DNA of 64,000 nucleotides from a virus (Duplodnaviria; Heunggongvirae; Uroviricota; Caudoviricetes). The position numbers were made by a program, and so were the translations under genes. The stretch is from the IMG/VR virus record IMGVR_UViG_3300048593_000385; one strand, 5' to 3'. Below are positions 43,471 to 54,135 of this stretch, one piece after another (positions within the stretch are counted from its first letter, which is position 1; each line of letters starts with the position of its first letter). The notes beneath the pieces were generated by a model, which worked only from the letters and a program-made list of their open reading frames with translations, made no database searches and was not told where the DNA came from.

Positions 43471-43858
43471 CTTTAACTCCACATTTTTCTAAGAATTCAA
43501 TACCGATTTTATCTCGGTATTCTTCCTTATATATGACTTCTGCAATTCCTGCTTGGTAGAGCAGTTTTGCGCAGTCCATGCATGGAGCATGCGTGACAAA
43601 GGCAGTGGCATCCTTTGAAGATTCGGTAGATGCTGCTAGTTTGGTAATGGCATTTGATTCGGCGTGAATAACTTCTGGTTTGGTTTTGTTGTCATGCTCA
43701 CAACAGTTGTCCCAACCAGAGGGTGTTCCGTTGTATCCAATCGAAAGAATGCGACGATCCTTGACTATGACACAACCAACTTGTAGACGTTTCGCATACG
43801 AGAGGGCAGCTGTTTCTTCTGCCACTCTCATAAAATAATCAATGAATCTATTGTTCAC
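43424..43858 (-). CDS. cd: dCMP deaminase
   Basis: 144 aa. HAESNAI ... HAPCMDCAKLL matches the zinc-binding H(A)E ... PCxxC deaminase motifs. Confidence 0.85.
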   Translation of the reverse strand: MNNRFIDYFMRVAEETAALSYAKRLQVGCVIVKDRRILSIGYNGTPSGWDNCCEHDNKTKPEVIHAESNAITKLAASTESSKDATAFVTHAPCMDCAKLLYQAGIAEVIYKEEYRDKIGIEFLEKCGVKVWRKKKIGQPVEIVP

Positions 43859-44020
43859 CCAACTTTTCCAGTTCTAGCTTGGCTCTCTGTAGAGCCTGAA
43901 TTTCTACGCCCATGTCATGGATGCCGTGGGCATCTCTGTTCTGTAAAAATACTTCAGCCATATCCCAACAGATCATCTCACGATAGCCTATGCTGTCCAG
44001 AATCTCTTCTTGTCTGGTTC

Positions 44021-45097
44021 TCATAACGTAAATCCCTTGAATGTATCAGAATCAACATCCTTCTTGACTCCACCGCTGATATAGCTGGTGATCTCAGTTT
44101 CCTGAGGAGCAACCTGCACATCGCTTCCGCTGATCCATTTCTGTGTCCATGGCAGAGGATTTGCTCCTGGCTTACCATTGAGACCAATCGCGCCCATACG
44201 CTTCGCAGCAATGTGATCAACATAGTCACAGAGTAGTTGCTCATTTAGTCCGATCATGGATCCGTTCTGAAATAGGTAATGTGCCCAGCTTTTCTCTTGT
44301 TCGACCACGCTGTGAAACATGTCAATACACTCAGATCGTGTCTCCTCTTGTATGCGAGCAAAGTCTTCATCCTCTTTCGGGAGAATTTTGAGGAGCTGCT
44401 GAGTAGAGGCAAGGTGAACGTTCTCATCCCTCGCAATGAGTTTGATGATTTTCGCATTGCCTTCCATCTTCTTGACTTCAGCAAACGCCCACGAACAGGC
44501 AAAGGATACATAAAATCTCACTCCTTCTAATGCATTAACAGCATTGAGACACAACCATAATGCTTTCTTGTGATCATAATGCGCACCGCCATCTCCATTC
44601 CAGCGAACATTATAACTGATCAAGTCGTCATAATATTTGCTGATGTCATCGGCACACTCTCCGATTTCTTTAATGTCAAGCATCTGATCAAACACACTTG
44701 ACGGATCGCTGTAGACGTTACGAATAATGTGAGTATACGAACGAGAGTGAATTGTTTCCGAAAATGCCCAAGTTTGAATCCAAGTTTCTAATTCAGGCAA
44801 AGAACAGATAGGAAGAAAGGCGATCGATGGTGCTCTGCCTTGAACCGAATCCAAAAGAATTTGTCTCTTCAGATTTGAAGTGAAGATATGCTTTTCTTGT
44901 TCGCTCAATCCCTTGAAGTCTTTGCCGTCACGCGACAAATCAACTTCCTCTGGTCTCCAGAAAAACCCAAGCTGCTTGTCAGTCAGTTTCTCGAATATAG
45001 GATACTTTTGTTTGTCGTACCGAGCAATATTGACAGGACTGCCAAAAAAGCAATTCTGTTCCATTGCATCAACTTTATCTTTTTTAAATACTGGCAT
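44021..45097 (-). CDS. nrdB: Ribonucleotide reductase class Ia beta subunit NrdB
   Basis: 358 aa with the ferritin-like di-iron ligand pattern and overall R2 collinearity. It lies downstream of nrdA. Confidence 0.9.
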   Translation of the reverse strand: MPVFKKDKVDAMEQNCFFGSPVNIARYDKQKYPIFEKLTDKQLGFFWRPEEVDLSRDGKDFKGLSEQEKHIFTSNLKRQILLDSVQGRAPSIAFLPICSLPELETWIQTWAFSETIHSRSYTHIIRNVYSDPSSVFDQMLDIKEIGECADDISKYYDDLISYNVRWNGDGGAHYDHKKALWLCLNAVNALEGVRFYVSFACSWAFAEVKKMEGNAKIIKLIARDENVHLASTQQLLKILPKEDEDFARIQEETRSECIDMFHSVVEQEKSWAHYLFQNGSMIGLNEQLLCDYVDHIAAKRMGAIGLNGKPGANPLPWTQKWISGSDVQVAPQETEITSYISGGVKKDVDSDTFKGFTL

Positions 45098-45295
45098 TTA
45101 CCAATCCTTAGCTTCGAGCCATTCTATTTCGTGGAACGCAACAACACGTCTCAAAGTTTCACCAGTAGAGGTGTCTTCGAGGACCAAATGCGTAGCGGAA
45201 CTTTTTGGGTTTGGTCTGGAATATTCAACAACAGCCCAAACCTTATTTAGATCATCCCAGCTATCATTATTGATTTTTATGTATCTCATACTCAT
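45098..45295 (-). CDS. Hypothetical small protein between nrdA and nrdB
   Basis: 65-aa ORF tightly packed between the two RNR genes. Confidence 0.4.
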   Translation of the reverse strand: MSMRYIKINNDSWDDLNKVWAVVEYSRPNPKSSATHLVLEDTSTGETLRRVVAFHEIEWLEAKDW

Positions 45296-47559
45296 ATTTT
45301 ACAACTTTCACAATCTTCATCATCCATATCGCCAGCAGCAAGTGACTTATCTTCAATCTCACCAGCACCATCATTGGTGTTCAAATAGTATAGAGTTTTC
45401 CCGCCATACTTATAGTGCATCAAAAGGTGGCCAATCATTTCTGACATTGGGATCTTACCATCTTCATAGTGAGCAGGATTGTAGGAAGTGTTGACAGAGA
45501 TAGCCTGATCAATAAACTTCTGCAATACAGCCATAATCTTCAGATATCCTTCTGGCGATTTCTGATCCCAAAGCAATTCATACTTGTTTTTCAGAGTACG
45601 AATACCAGGAACAACCTGCTTGAGAACACCATCCTTAGACTGCTTGATCGAAACCAGAGCACGAGGAGGCTCAATACCATTGGTCGAGTTAGAGATCTGA
45701 GCTGAAGTTTCGGCTGGCATCAACGCCATCAGAGTTGAGTTACGGATACCAGATGCCAACGCCCGACTTGATAATATGCTCCAAGGCATCTTGTAGTCTG
45801 GTGCAACTAGCTCGTCCACCTCTTTCTTGTATGTATCGATTGGCATATACCCGTGACCATACTTGGTTTCATGATCGAGGGGGCATGCCCCTACTTCTTC
45901 AGCCAAGTCGACGGAGGCTTTAATGAGATAGTAACTCCATGCTTCAGCATACTCATGTACCAACTCAAGGTTTGGATTAGAATAATTACTGTCATTACGA
46001 GCCAGCCAATAAGCAAAATTAATGATGCCAATACCAAGAGGGCGACGATTCCGAGTACCAATAGCAGCGGCTCTAACAGGATAGTCCTGATAATCCAGTA
46101 AGGCATCCAAAGCACGTACTGCAAGGGTGCATGGCTTTTCGAAATCTGCTGGCTTTTTAATCTTTCCCCAATTGATTGCAGCAAGTGTGCAAAGGCTAAT
46201 TTCGCCTGATTCATCGTGAATATCCTTTAGCGGTGTAGTCGGTAGCGTGATCTCACAGCAGAGATTGCTCATCTTAATCGGAGCAGCCTGTGTAAACGAA
46301 CCATGGTCATTGACATGATCAACATTCATCAGATAGATTCGTCCAGTGTCTTTTCGCTCTTGCATAAAAGATGAGAAGAGATCAATCGCAGGGATGGTTT
46401 TCTTTCTGATTTTGGTTGAACGCTCATACTTTTCGTAGAGTTCTCGGAACTTATCAACGTCTGAAAAGAACTCTGCGTAGAGATCTGGGCAATCATGAGG
46501 CGAGAACAGGGTGATATTACCTCCAGACAGAAGTCTCTCATACATCACCTTGTTAAACTGGACACCATAATCAAGATGGCGGATGCGGTTATCTTCCGTT
46601 CCCTTGTTGTTCTTCAAAACAAGAAGATCTTCCACCTCATAATGCCAGATCGGGTAATAGACAGTCGCTGCTCCACCACGAACGCCACCTTGTGAACAAG
46701 ATTTAACAGCAGATTGAAAATGCTTCCAAAAAGGAATAACACCAGTATGGCTAGCATCGCCGTTGCGTATAGGAGATCCAACAGCCCTAATAGAACCGCC
46801 GCCAATACCAATTCCGGCTTTCTGAGAGACGTACTTAACAATCGCAGAAGAAGTCGCATTTATGGAATCCAGACTGTCATCTGTTTCGATAAGTACGCAC
46901 GAACTAAACTGGCGTTGAGGTGAGCGGACTCCTGCCATAATAGGAGTAGGCAGACTAATATCAAAAGTACTGATTGCATCATATAATTCCTTTACCCATT
47001 TAATTCTATCCGTCTTATAATTTTGAAAGAGTGTCATAGCAATCAACATGAATGCCATCTGAGGAGTTTCGTAGAACTTGTTTGTCACACGGTTACGAAT
47101 CAGATACTTGCCACGGAATTGTTCCATAGCAGCATAAGTCAGTAGGTTGTCGCGCTCATGGTCGATGTAACGATTGAGTTCGTCCCACTCACCACTTGTA
47201 TAAGATAATCCCAATTCTGGATCATAATATCCTTGAGTCATCACTTTAAGGTAATGTTCGTTCAACCAATCAGGCTCATACCGACCATAGACTTCTTTGC
47301 GAAGATGGTAGTTGATTAGACGACCAGCGACATACTGATAGTTTGGATGTTCTTCATCAATCAGATCAGCAGCTGCTTTGATCAGAGTTTCTTGAATGTC
47401 AGTTGACTTGATGCCATTGTAGAACTGGATATGCGTTTTAATTTCAAGATCAGAAACAGAAACTCCAGTCAAACCTTCGCATGCATAATTTGTAACTTTG
47501 TGGAATTTCTCGATATTCAATGGCTCTTTGGTACCATCACGTTTCGTCACTTGAATCAT
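45292..47559 (-). CDS. nrdA: Ribonucleotide reductase class Ia alpha subunit NrdA
   Basis: 755 aa with an N-terminal ATP-cone and conserved catalytic motifs including the C-terminal CESC pair. Confidence 0.95.
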   Translation of the reverse strand: MIQVTKRDGTKEPLNIEKFHKVTNYACEGLTGVSVSDLEIKTHIQFYNGIKSTDIQETLIKAAADLIDEEHPNYQYVAGRLINYHLRKEVYGRYEPDWLNEHYLKVMTQGYYDPELGLSYTSGEWDELNRYIDHERDNLLTYAAMEQFRGKYLIRNRVTNKFYETPQMAFMLIAMTLFQNYKTDRIKWVKELYDAISTFDISLPTPIMAGVRSPQRQFSSCVLIETDDSLDSINATSSAIVKYVSQKAGIGIGGGSIRAVGSPIRNGDASHTGVIPFWKHFQSAVKSCSQGGVRGGAATVYYPIWHYEVEDLLVLKNNKGTEDNRIRHLDYGVQFNKVMYERLLSGGNITLFSPHDCPDLYAEFFSDVDKFRELYEKYERSTKIRKKTIPAIDLFSSFMQERKDTGRIYLMNVDHVNDHGSFTQAAPIKMSNLCCEITLPTTPLKDIHDESGEISLCTLAAINWGKIKKPADFEKPCTLAVRALDALLDYQDYPVRAAAIGTRNRRPLGIGIINFAYWLARNDSNYSNPNLELVHEYAEAWSYYLIKASVDLAEEVGACPLDHETKYGHGYMPIDTYKKEVDELVAPDYKMPWSILSSRALASGIRNSTLMALMPAETSAQISNSTNGIEPPRALVSIKQSKDGVLKQVVPGIRTLKNKYELLWDQKSPEGYLKIMAVLQKFIDQAISVNTSYNPAHYEDGKIPMSEMIGHLLMHYKYGGKTLYYLNTNDGAGEIEDKSLAAGDMDDEDCESCKI

Positions 47560-47713
47560 GTTTGCTCTTTCCTAATTTAACTTTGCCATCATCATCGATA
47601 GTCCACACCAATTCTGTAGACTCGTCCCACCCCAGATCTTCCATAAGATCTGGGGGGAGCTCTATATATAATCCTTGTTCATCTTCCTGAACAGTTATTA
47701 TCATTAATTTAAA

Positions 47714-47923
47714 TTATTGTGCTTGTAATTGTTCTTGCGCTTGTTGAATCAGCTTCTTTATAATCGCATCAACAACACGATGCGGAAGCTCTTGGAGTCC
47801 AGCAACAACTACGTTCAATTCATTGATATCCAGTGTCAATGTGACAATTGGTGCAGCTGCTGGTTGGGCTTGCGCTTCAACAGTTGGCGTTTCAGTTTCT
47901 ACATTTTCTACATTATCAGTCAT
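47714..47923 (-). CDS. Hypothetical protein
   Basis: 69-aa ORF. An additional about 45-aa ORF (MIITVQEDEQGLYIELPPDLMEDLGWDESTELVWTIDDDGKVKLGK...) lies at about 47565-47700 and overlaps the nrdA start. Confidence 0.35.
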   Translation of the reverse strand: MTDNVENVETETPTVEAQAQPAAAPIVTLTLDINELNVVVAGLQELPHRVVDAIIKKLIQQAQEQLQAQ

Positions 47924-47939
47924 TATATTTTCTCCTTAA

Positions 47940-48320
47940 TTATGGGGTATTTGCACTTGCTTCTTCTGCAGGTGCTTCTACTGTTGGTGTTTCTTCCATC
48001 CATGGAAGAGTTGGGGTTATTACAGTTGGATTTTTACTAGCTTCGATTTGGCTGGCTACGCTTTGTTCGTAGGCTGCAACCTGTTCTTCGCCGAGGGCAT
48101 CATGCACCCAACCAATCACTTGTTCTTGTGTCAAATCAGCGAATGGAGTAAATTCTGTGTCTTCATCAATCTGAATTCCTACAGAACCATACACATAACC
48201 AGTATGAGTATCGTCGGTTCCTGTCAAATTCCAATGCACATTGAAGACTACGTTTGTTTCATTTTCATATTCTGGGTAAGCTTCAAGTTGAACAACTCCC
48301 CATGTATTTGTAATTGGCAT
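47940..48320 (-). CDS. Hypothetical acidic protein
   Basis: 126-aa ORF. Confidence 0.45.
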   Translation of the reverse strand: MPITNTWGVVQLEAYPEYENETNVVFNVHWNLTGTDDTHTGYVYGSVGIQIDEDTEFTPFADLTQEQVIGWVHDALGEEQVAAYEQSVASQIEASKNPTVITPTLPWMEETPTVEAPAEEASANTP

Positions 48321-48347
48321 ATTAATTCCTCTCTATTATATTTATTC

Positions 48348-49016
48348 TTATTCCATATCATCTAATGCTTTGATGACATCAGGGAAGTGGTGGCCGATAA
48401 TGTCCCAGCACAGTTCGGCAATGATACGGTGTTCTTTCTGAGTCGCCATGTCCATACGCAGCTGACAGTAGTGAACCCAACTACGAAGTGTGCCAGTCAC
48501 AATCATCACAGACTCGGTATTACCTTCAGGAAGAACTACGCGAGCCTGTTCCTTGGCGATACCATTTTCGATAGCCCACTCATAAGCATCTAATGCAGCA
48601 TCAGTAGCAGCTACCTGTCTCATCGCCCATTCTTCTTGCAGGCGATGGTCATCGACCTCTACTGAGTTCTGTCTGTTCTTGGCATCCTGGAGGCGTGCTT
48701 CCCGTACAACAAATCCCAGATCCTGGGTTGGATCGGCGTAACGCTGACTGTACTCTTGGAATGAGAAAGAACGATGCCGCAAAATCTGGCGGGCAATATC
48801 TCTTGTTGTTCGGATTTCCATTGATACATGTATCATCTCCAAAGGCGACCAATGCTTGTTCTTGATTAAATACTGAACCAGCTTGGATGCTGTTGCTGTG
48901 TTGTTCTGGTTAGACGGATTAGACACTCTTGCTGTCCAAGCCACCAATTCGTTTGCAGTAGTGCATCCTGTATACGCACTCGGCTTAGTGATGCCGATCA
49001 AATTAACTTCACTCAT
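48348..49016 (-). CDS. thyX: Flavin-dependent thymidylate synthase ThyX
   Basis: 222 aa. ILRHRSFSFQEYSQRY matches the ThyX RHRxxxxxxxSxR signature. Confidence 0.9.
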   Translation of the reverse strand: MSEVNLIGITKPSAYTGCTTANELVAWTARVSNPSNQNNTATASKLVQYLIKNKHWSPLEMIHVSMEIRTTRDIARQILRHRSFSFQEYSQRYADPTQDLGFVVREARLQDAKNRQNSVEVDDHRLQEEWAMRQVAATDAALDAYEWAIENGIAKEQARVVLPEGNTESVMIVTGTLRSWVHYCQLRMDMATQKEHRIIAELCWDIIGHHFPDVIKALDDME

Positions 49017-49282
49017 TAATCATCCAATCTATATAATTTCACAAATTCTTTACGTAGGACTTCCGCTTCCTTTAGATTATCGCGCATACCTGTAAGATCA
49101 TGAATGCTTGTTGCATCAATTTTAGTAGCTAACAATCGAGATCTAGTATCAAGTTCTTCTTCACTCATTTTTTACCCTTTATATGTGCTTCACAATATCT
49201 CTGACCATTCGTGGCTTTGTCGCCAAGAAGAGTGACCTTCCACACTTCTCCGCTTGCAGTTTTTATTTCATATTCATCAATC

Positions 49283-49990
49283 TTATGCATTGTTTCTGTA
49301 GATGTCAACTCTTCCAGTTTCTGTATTAGCAGTGTAGGCGATTGTTCTATTGGTGCGATACAAGTTAGTTACTGGATATTCGCCATATCCACCAGAAACA
49401 ATGCATTCCTGAAAATCATTGGGCAGCACATCGACGATCAGATATACTGTTCGAGTTAATCCGCGATTAATTTCAGTGTGAATATTGATATTATCGAATT
49501 CATACACTCCACCAACAGGCAGCGCCCCTTGGAATCCATTAATTTCTACAACATCATCTGCATTGGTTTCAAGAGCAACAATATTCTTAGAAACAAGAGG
49601 AACCAAAAGACAATCGCCATCTCCGTGACGATCAACTTCCGATTGAGGATCTAATTGTGAATAATATGCTCTTACTGCAACTCCATTGTGGTGCGCCTCA
49701 ATCTGTTCAACGAGAGGTTTCGCAAGCGCCCATAGCTCTGTGTCCATGTGAAACTTGTCAACAAAAGGATCAACATCTTGGCTGTGTTTCCAATCGAAAT
49801 TAGGATCAACAAACCATTTAAAGATAATTGACTTGGTAGCGCCCAAGCCCCAAGCAGGGTCTTCCTGTCGTCTGGTGTCTAGAGCCCAAATAGGATCCTC
49901 ATCAGGCGGCATGTTGGCAACGATATCAGAAACATCATAATCGAAAAGATGAACCTTTAAAGTATCATCGGTGAAATTACGCATCTTCAT
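49283..49990 (-). CDS. Hypothetical protein
   Basis: 235-aa ORF. A 50-aa ORF (MSEEELDTRSRLLATKIDATSIHDLTGMRDNLKEAEVLRKEFVKLYRLDD) lies at about 49022-49174. Confidence 0.5.
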   Translation of the reverse strand: MKMRNFTDDTLKVHLFDYDVSDIVANMPPDEDPIWALDTRRQEDPAWGLGATKSIIFKWFVDPNFDWKHSQDVDPFVDKFHMDTELWALAKPLVEQIEAHHNGVAVRAYYSQLDPQSEVDRHGDGDCLLVPLVSKNIVALETNADDVVEINGFQGALPVGGVYEFDNINIHTEINRGLTRTVYLIVDVLPNDFQECIVSGGYGEYPVTNLYRTNRTIAYTANTETGRVDIYRNNA

Positions 49991-50264
49991 TGAAAGAAAA
50001 CTCCTTGACTGTTTGAAACTGTGCTTTGCTCACGAATCCAATATCAATCAAATGATCCACACGACTTGATGCATCAGCATAATCAACATATACTCCATCA
50101 TCGAACCACCACCAGCGATCGAGACCTAGCGGCCACCTCGGCTGACGACGATACTCAACCAACCACTTACCGTCTGTGCGATGGATACGCAACTTAGTAA
50201 TTTTGATATGGTCAAATTCTACACCATATTCGTTTGCGACAAGATCGCTCATGTTTTCCTCCAT
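49977..50264 (-). CDS. Hypothetical protein (Trp-rich)
   Basis: 95-aa ORF. Confidence 0.45.
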   Translation of the reverse strand: MEENMSDLVANEYGVEFDHIKITKLRIHRTDGKWLVEYRRQPRWPLGLDRWWWFDDGVYVDYADASSRVDHLIDIGFVSKAQFQTVKEFSFNEDA

Positions 50265-51265
50265 GCGGCGAGTTTTAGCGTCGCCTCTAATTCTTTATAG
50301 CTGCATTTATTTATTAAGTCAAGCAATTTATTCGTCGTCATACCAGATAAAATCATGTCGTTGATGTCTTTTTCTACAACATCATCTGGCCAGATACAAA
50401 CTGTGTAGCCCTGATCAATTGTTTTCTGTATTCGTTTAACAATATCCTTGTTGCGAGGCTCGTTGTCAAATATAACTACAGTCTTTTCTGTATCCAACCA
50501 ATCCTGATTAACATCTGCTCCAGCCATAGCTAAACAGTTAGGCAGAAACATACTATCGATTGGACCCTCGACCATGTATACGGTCTTATTGAAGTCAACC
50601 TGATCAAGACCAAAGACTTTGCTGTGGTCGCCGCGAATCATAATCGAATAGTAACGGATTTTAGAATTAGGATCAAACGAACGACCCTGATATCCAAACA
50701 TCTTACCGTCTGCATCAAAGAACGGCATAACCAATCTTGGCTCGTCGCCCTTGGTCAAATCAAACTTATCAGGAATCATTGTATTTGTCCAAGCACAAAA
50801 CTTAGGAACATAATACAGCCTGAAATGCTGTTGAGAGGGGATGCCTCGCTTTAGAACATAATCTCTAGCAGGATGACCAACTGGCAGCTGCGAGATTTTC
50901 TTGACCTTCTTTAAAGGTGCGTTAGGATCCCCAGGATTTAAATACTCATGCTTGAGCGGTTTCGCTTCGATAGGAGCATTGGCTCTCATCTCAGCAAACA
51001 ATTCTAAGTCATATTCTTTTTTAAGAGTTGGGTCTATGTCTTTCAGCAGACTAGAGACAGATCGAGTGCACCCACAGTTGTGACACTTCATTAGAATCTT
51101 ATTCTTCTGTTGGAAGAAGTATGCTCTTTTCTTATACAGATTCTTTTTAGAGTCGCCACATACAGGACAACGACTGTTGGCTAGGTAAGGGTTAGTCGAC
51201 TTGACCGTAAACATTGGTATTCTGGCAGACAACATCCCCAGATACTTCGCATCAATCCAATACAT
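50249..51265 (-). CDS. 61: DNA primase (gp61-like; zinc-binding N-terminus + TOPRIM)
   Basis: 338 aa. N-terminal CPVCGDSKKNLYKKRAYFF ... CHNCGC zinc ribbon as in T4 gp61, with a downstream acidic TOPRIM-like region. Confidence 0.8.
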   Translation of the reverse strand: MYWIDAKYLGMLSARIPMFTVKSTNPYLANSRCPVCGDSKKNLYKKRAYFFQQKNKILMKCHNCGCTRSVSSLLKDIDPTLKKEYDLELFAEMRANAPIEAKPLKHEYLNPGDPNAPLKKVKKISQLPVGHPARDYVLKRGIPSQQHFRLYYVPKFCAWTNTMIPDKFDLTKGDEPRLVMPFFDADGKMFGYQGRSFDPNSKIRYYSIMIRGDHSKVFGLDQVDFNKTVYMVEGPIDSMFLPNCLAMAGADVNQDWLDTEKTVVIFDNEPRNKDIVKRIQKTIDQGYTVCIWPDDVVEKDINDMILSGMTTNKLLDLINKCSYKELEATLKLAAWRKT

Positions 51266-51294
51266 AATATTCCAATCATCAAAGGCTACATCCC

Positions 51295-51322
51295 ATTATA
51301 CCCTAAATCGAAATAAAAGCAA
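51295..51322 (-). promoter_or_regulatory. Early promoter cassette copy 14 (TTGCTT-16-TATAAT) upstream of primase
   Basis: Minus strand reads ACTTCTTGCTTTTATTTCGATTTAGGGTATAATGGGATG. Confidence 0.5.
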
Positions 51323-51336
51323 GAAGTATTTTATGG

Positions 51337-51690
51337 CTAGAAGAGTTTTATTCCTAAAACCTTGGACAATATATATCCAGCTACTGTGGCCATACCAACA
51401 ACAATCCAACGCCATTTGTTGAGATCATTTAGTTTGTCGCTTATCTTGGTAAGAAGTTGGTTCTGAGCCTCGATCTTCTTTTCTAAATCAACCTTTAGAG
51501 TATTAATATCCTCTTTGAGCTCAGTCCTAAAGTCTTCCATACGATCATAAATCTTTCCGGTATTATGATTGCTTTCCTCTCTGTGCTTTTCCATTGCAGT
51601 GTTCATTCTGTCAAGCGATGTGTTCGCTCTTAGCATGTCATTTTCAAGCAAAGAAATTCTTGTGGATACAGACGGATTCTTTTCAACCAT
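51337..51690 (-). CDS. Coiled-coil protein with C-terminal TM anchor
   Basis: 117 aa with heptad-like repeats and the C-terminal WRWIVVGMATVAGYILSKVLG. Confidence 0.45.
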   Translation of the reverse strand: MVEKNPSVSTRISLLENDMLRANTSLDRMNTAMEKHREESNHNTGKIYDRMEDFRTELKEDINTLKVDLEKKIEAQNQLLTKISDKLNDLNKWRWIVVGMATVAGYILSKVLGIKLF

Positions 51691-51691
51691 T

Positions 51692-52420
51692 TTATTTGTC
51701 TTTCTGCTTATTGAGAACTTGGTTGCCGATATCGATCAGGCGACCTTTAGTGCTCTTTGCGAATCCTGTTGGGTTCTCAGCAGTTTTTGAGTTTGATGCA
51801 ATAAGTTCTTTCTGGTTCTTGACAGTGTCTTCCTTGACATCATCAGCAGAAACCTTATACAGAGGATGCTTCATAGCCTTTACGTCGGCATCATCCTTTG
51901 ACTTATGTTTAGAAACAACTTCGGTTCCTTTCTTCACAACCCAATTTTCTTTGGTCATGAAGTTTTGTGGACCAACGCCAGAATCTGAAGCCTTGATCTT
52001 TGTGTTTTTCTTGTGGAAATTTGCAAAGGATTCCATATTTACTGCTCCAGTTATTTTACGTGGGTTTTGTGGTCCGACTCTGTTGGATACTCCGGAACTC
52101 GGAGCCTTCACAGCAGGAGTTTCTGAATGAGGTCCAAGCACCGAGGCTCTTCTATCTAGGGTATGTTTTTGGACTGTTTGTGTTCTGACCAAATCTGCAT
52201 TTTTTCTTTGTTTCACATCAGCAGACATTTTGGATTTTTCTCTTTGTTGCTGGGTGTCTGGGTCATTCTGTTCGCCCATAGCAGCGGCAACATATTTCTT
52301 CTGCATCTTTTTAGAAACAGGAACAGTGTTCTTGTCGTCACCAGCGCCAGCTACGCCAGCTACGCCTGTGCCGACACCAGCAGCGCCACCATCTTCAGCG
52401 AATTGTTTGAACGACTTCAT
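51692..52420 (-). CDS. Low-complexity lysine-rich protein (possible internal virion protein)
   Basis: 242-aa ORF with a Gly/Ala-rich N-terminus and Lys-rich body. Confidence 0.4.
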   Translation of the reverse strand: MKSFKQFAEDGGAAGVGTGVAGVAGAGDDKNTVPVSKKMQKKYVAAAMGEQNDPDTQQQREKSKMSADVKQRKNADLVRTQTVQKHTLDRRASVLGPHSETPAVKAPSSGVSNRVGPQNPRKITGAVNMESFANFHKKNTKIKASDSGVGPQNFMTKENWVVKKGTEVVSKHKSKDDADVKAMKHPLYKVSADDVKEDTVKNQKELIASNSKTAENPTGFAKSTKGRLIDIGNQVLNKQKDK

Positions 52421-52848
52421 ATCTTCTTTAATACCTTTATTATGTTTTCGTCGCTATTGATATCAGAACAATCTATTTTTTTGTTCGTGATACCAATATT
52501 AATAACTGTATTTGGCAAATAGCCAAGAAAATCTAAGAACGGTTTCAAATATTCGTAGTGTTCAGTCATTCTAAAGAATAACATTCTGGTAGCAGGAACA
52601 ACTCCGAATACATTATAAAGAACAATGATATGATTTAATATCAATCGTTCTTTTAATTCGCCACTCTCTTGGTACTTGTTGAATAAACGCTTGAGATACT
52701 TGAATCTTTTTAAATCAGAAAAAAATTCCTCTGTGTCGAAACACTCGGGATTATCATAGTGTCTAGCAGCATACAGAACAAAATTGGTTTCATCAAGGCT
52801 ATCGTTCATATCAATTACCGATTTTTCGGTATACTCCATCATAGGCAA
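52417..52848 (-). CDS. Hypothetical protein
   Basis: 143-aa ORF. Confidence 0.45.
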   Translation of the reverse strand: MPMMEYTEKSVIDMNDSLDETNFVLYAARHYDNPECFDTEEFFSDLKRFKYLKRLFNKYQESGELKERLILNHIIVLYNVFGVVPATRMLFFRMTEHYEYLKPFLDFLGYLPNTVINIGITNKKIDCSDINSDENIIKVLKKI

Positions 52849-53278
52849 CCCAAGTATATACCTCTCCGATAGAGGTCAGACTTGTAGTATTACCAACAGA
52901 ACCGCCTGTAGCAGCTTCAATTGTTGTAACAGATGTGTTGCTTGTTGTTACAATTACGCTGTATGGTCCAGGAGCAATACATTTGATTGTGAAGATCTTA
53001 TTGTTTGCACCTGCTGGCAAAGTGACAGTAATGTCTTCACCAGCAGTGTTTGGGTTGCAAAGAATAATATCAGTCGAAAGATTGGCAACGAATGTATCGT
53101 TGGCAACAAAAGTTACTGCTCTTGTACTGGTTACTTTATTGGCAACGTAGCTGTAGATTGTGTTGGCTACGACGACGTATGTATTACCATCCGCCCTCTC
53201 GATCGCAAACAAGTCAGTATCAGCGACACTAGCAGTGTTTGACGTCTTGTAGATATCGCTGTACTTTTTACCTGCCAT
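52811..53278 (-). CDS. Hypothetical structural protein (Thr/Val-rich beta)
   Basis: 155-aa ORF. Confidence 0.4.
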   Translation of the reverse strand: MAGKKYSDIYKTSNTASVADTDLFAIERADGNTYVVVANTIYSYVANKVTSTRAVTFVANDTFVANLSTDIILCNPNTAGEDITVTLPAGANNKIFTIKCIAPGPYSVIVTTSNTSVTTIEAATGGSVGNTTSLTSIGEVYTWVAYDGVYRKIGN

Positions 53279-53301
53279 TTAATCAATTCCCTCTATAACT
53301 A

Positions 53302-54120
53302 TCAGGCGTCAGGGAATACTGTATCTTCAGCGTCCGCACCAGCATTGTTCATCGAGCGAACAACAGCAATATTTTCATACTGAACGCGACCAGAACGACC
53401 ACCGACAGTGATGCCAGCAAGAGTTCCGCCTGTAGAAGCAACAGCATTCGCGCCGAACGTAGCACCCGAACCACCTGAAGCTCCACCAGTCGAGTTAGCA
53501 ATAGTAACAACCAACTGGTTATTTGCGGTCGTGTTAGCAACTGTTCCTGAGTTCGTGACTGTGAAAGTCAGAGAACCACCAGTAGCATTGGTCGAGACTG
53601 TTGCTGTAGCATTGACGATCGCATTTGCAACTGTAACAACGTCGGTGTTGCTATAGCCTGTCGCAGTTCCTGTGTAGGTGATCACAGTGACATGCTTTTC
53701 GCGATTGAAACCTGCAACAACGACAGAAGCATTAACGTAGCCTGAACCCAGACCACTACCGTTGATGCCAACGGAAACAAGATTTCCTGTAGCATTTGCG
53801 GTCAGAGTTGCTGTAGCATTAGCCGAACCATTCGAAACAGTGATAGTGTCACCTGTCTTGAACCCTGTTCCGCCTGTTGCAGTCATTGCAGTGATCGGAC
53901 CAGTGCCAGTACGAACGATATTCCAACCTGGAGTCACGCCCTTAGCTTTGACTGTTGCTTCTGTTTGGTCAACGCCAAAAAGACCAGCAACCTGCTTGTC
54001 GACAACTGCATTTGGTGTATTATTACTGAAGATCGTATTGCCACGATATTCAGTGCCAGCAATAACGCTTGTTTGTCTTGGTGCATTATTAGCTTGGTCT
54101 AGTTTTCCCCATAGAGCCAT
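53302..54120 (-). CDS. Thr/Gly/Ala-rich repeat structural protein (fibre or decoration-like)
   Basis: 272-aa ORF with TATG/NATG-type low-complexity repeats. Confidence 0.4.
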   Translation of the reverse strand: MALWGKLDQANNAPRQTSVIAGTEYRGNTIFSNNTPNAVVDKQVAGLFGVDQTEATVKAKGVTPGWNIVRTGTGPITAMTATGGTGFKTGDTITVSNGSANATATLTANATGNLVSVGINGSGLGSGYVNASVVVAGFNREKHVTVITYTGTATGYSNTDVVTVANAIVNATATVSTNATGGSLTFTVTNSGTVANTTANNQLVVTIANSTGGASGGSGATFGANAVASTGGTLAGITVGGRSGRVQYENIAVVRSMNNAGADAEDTVFPDA

Positions 54121-54135
54121 TTCTAGTTTCTCCTG

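Noticed and set aside
44021-48320. Inteins or group I introns in nrdA, nrdB and thyX (common in T4-like phages)
   Set aside because: All three ORFs are continuous and of ordinary length (755, 358 and 222 aa), with no inserted endonuclease-like segment or interrupting structured RNA.
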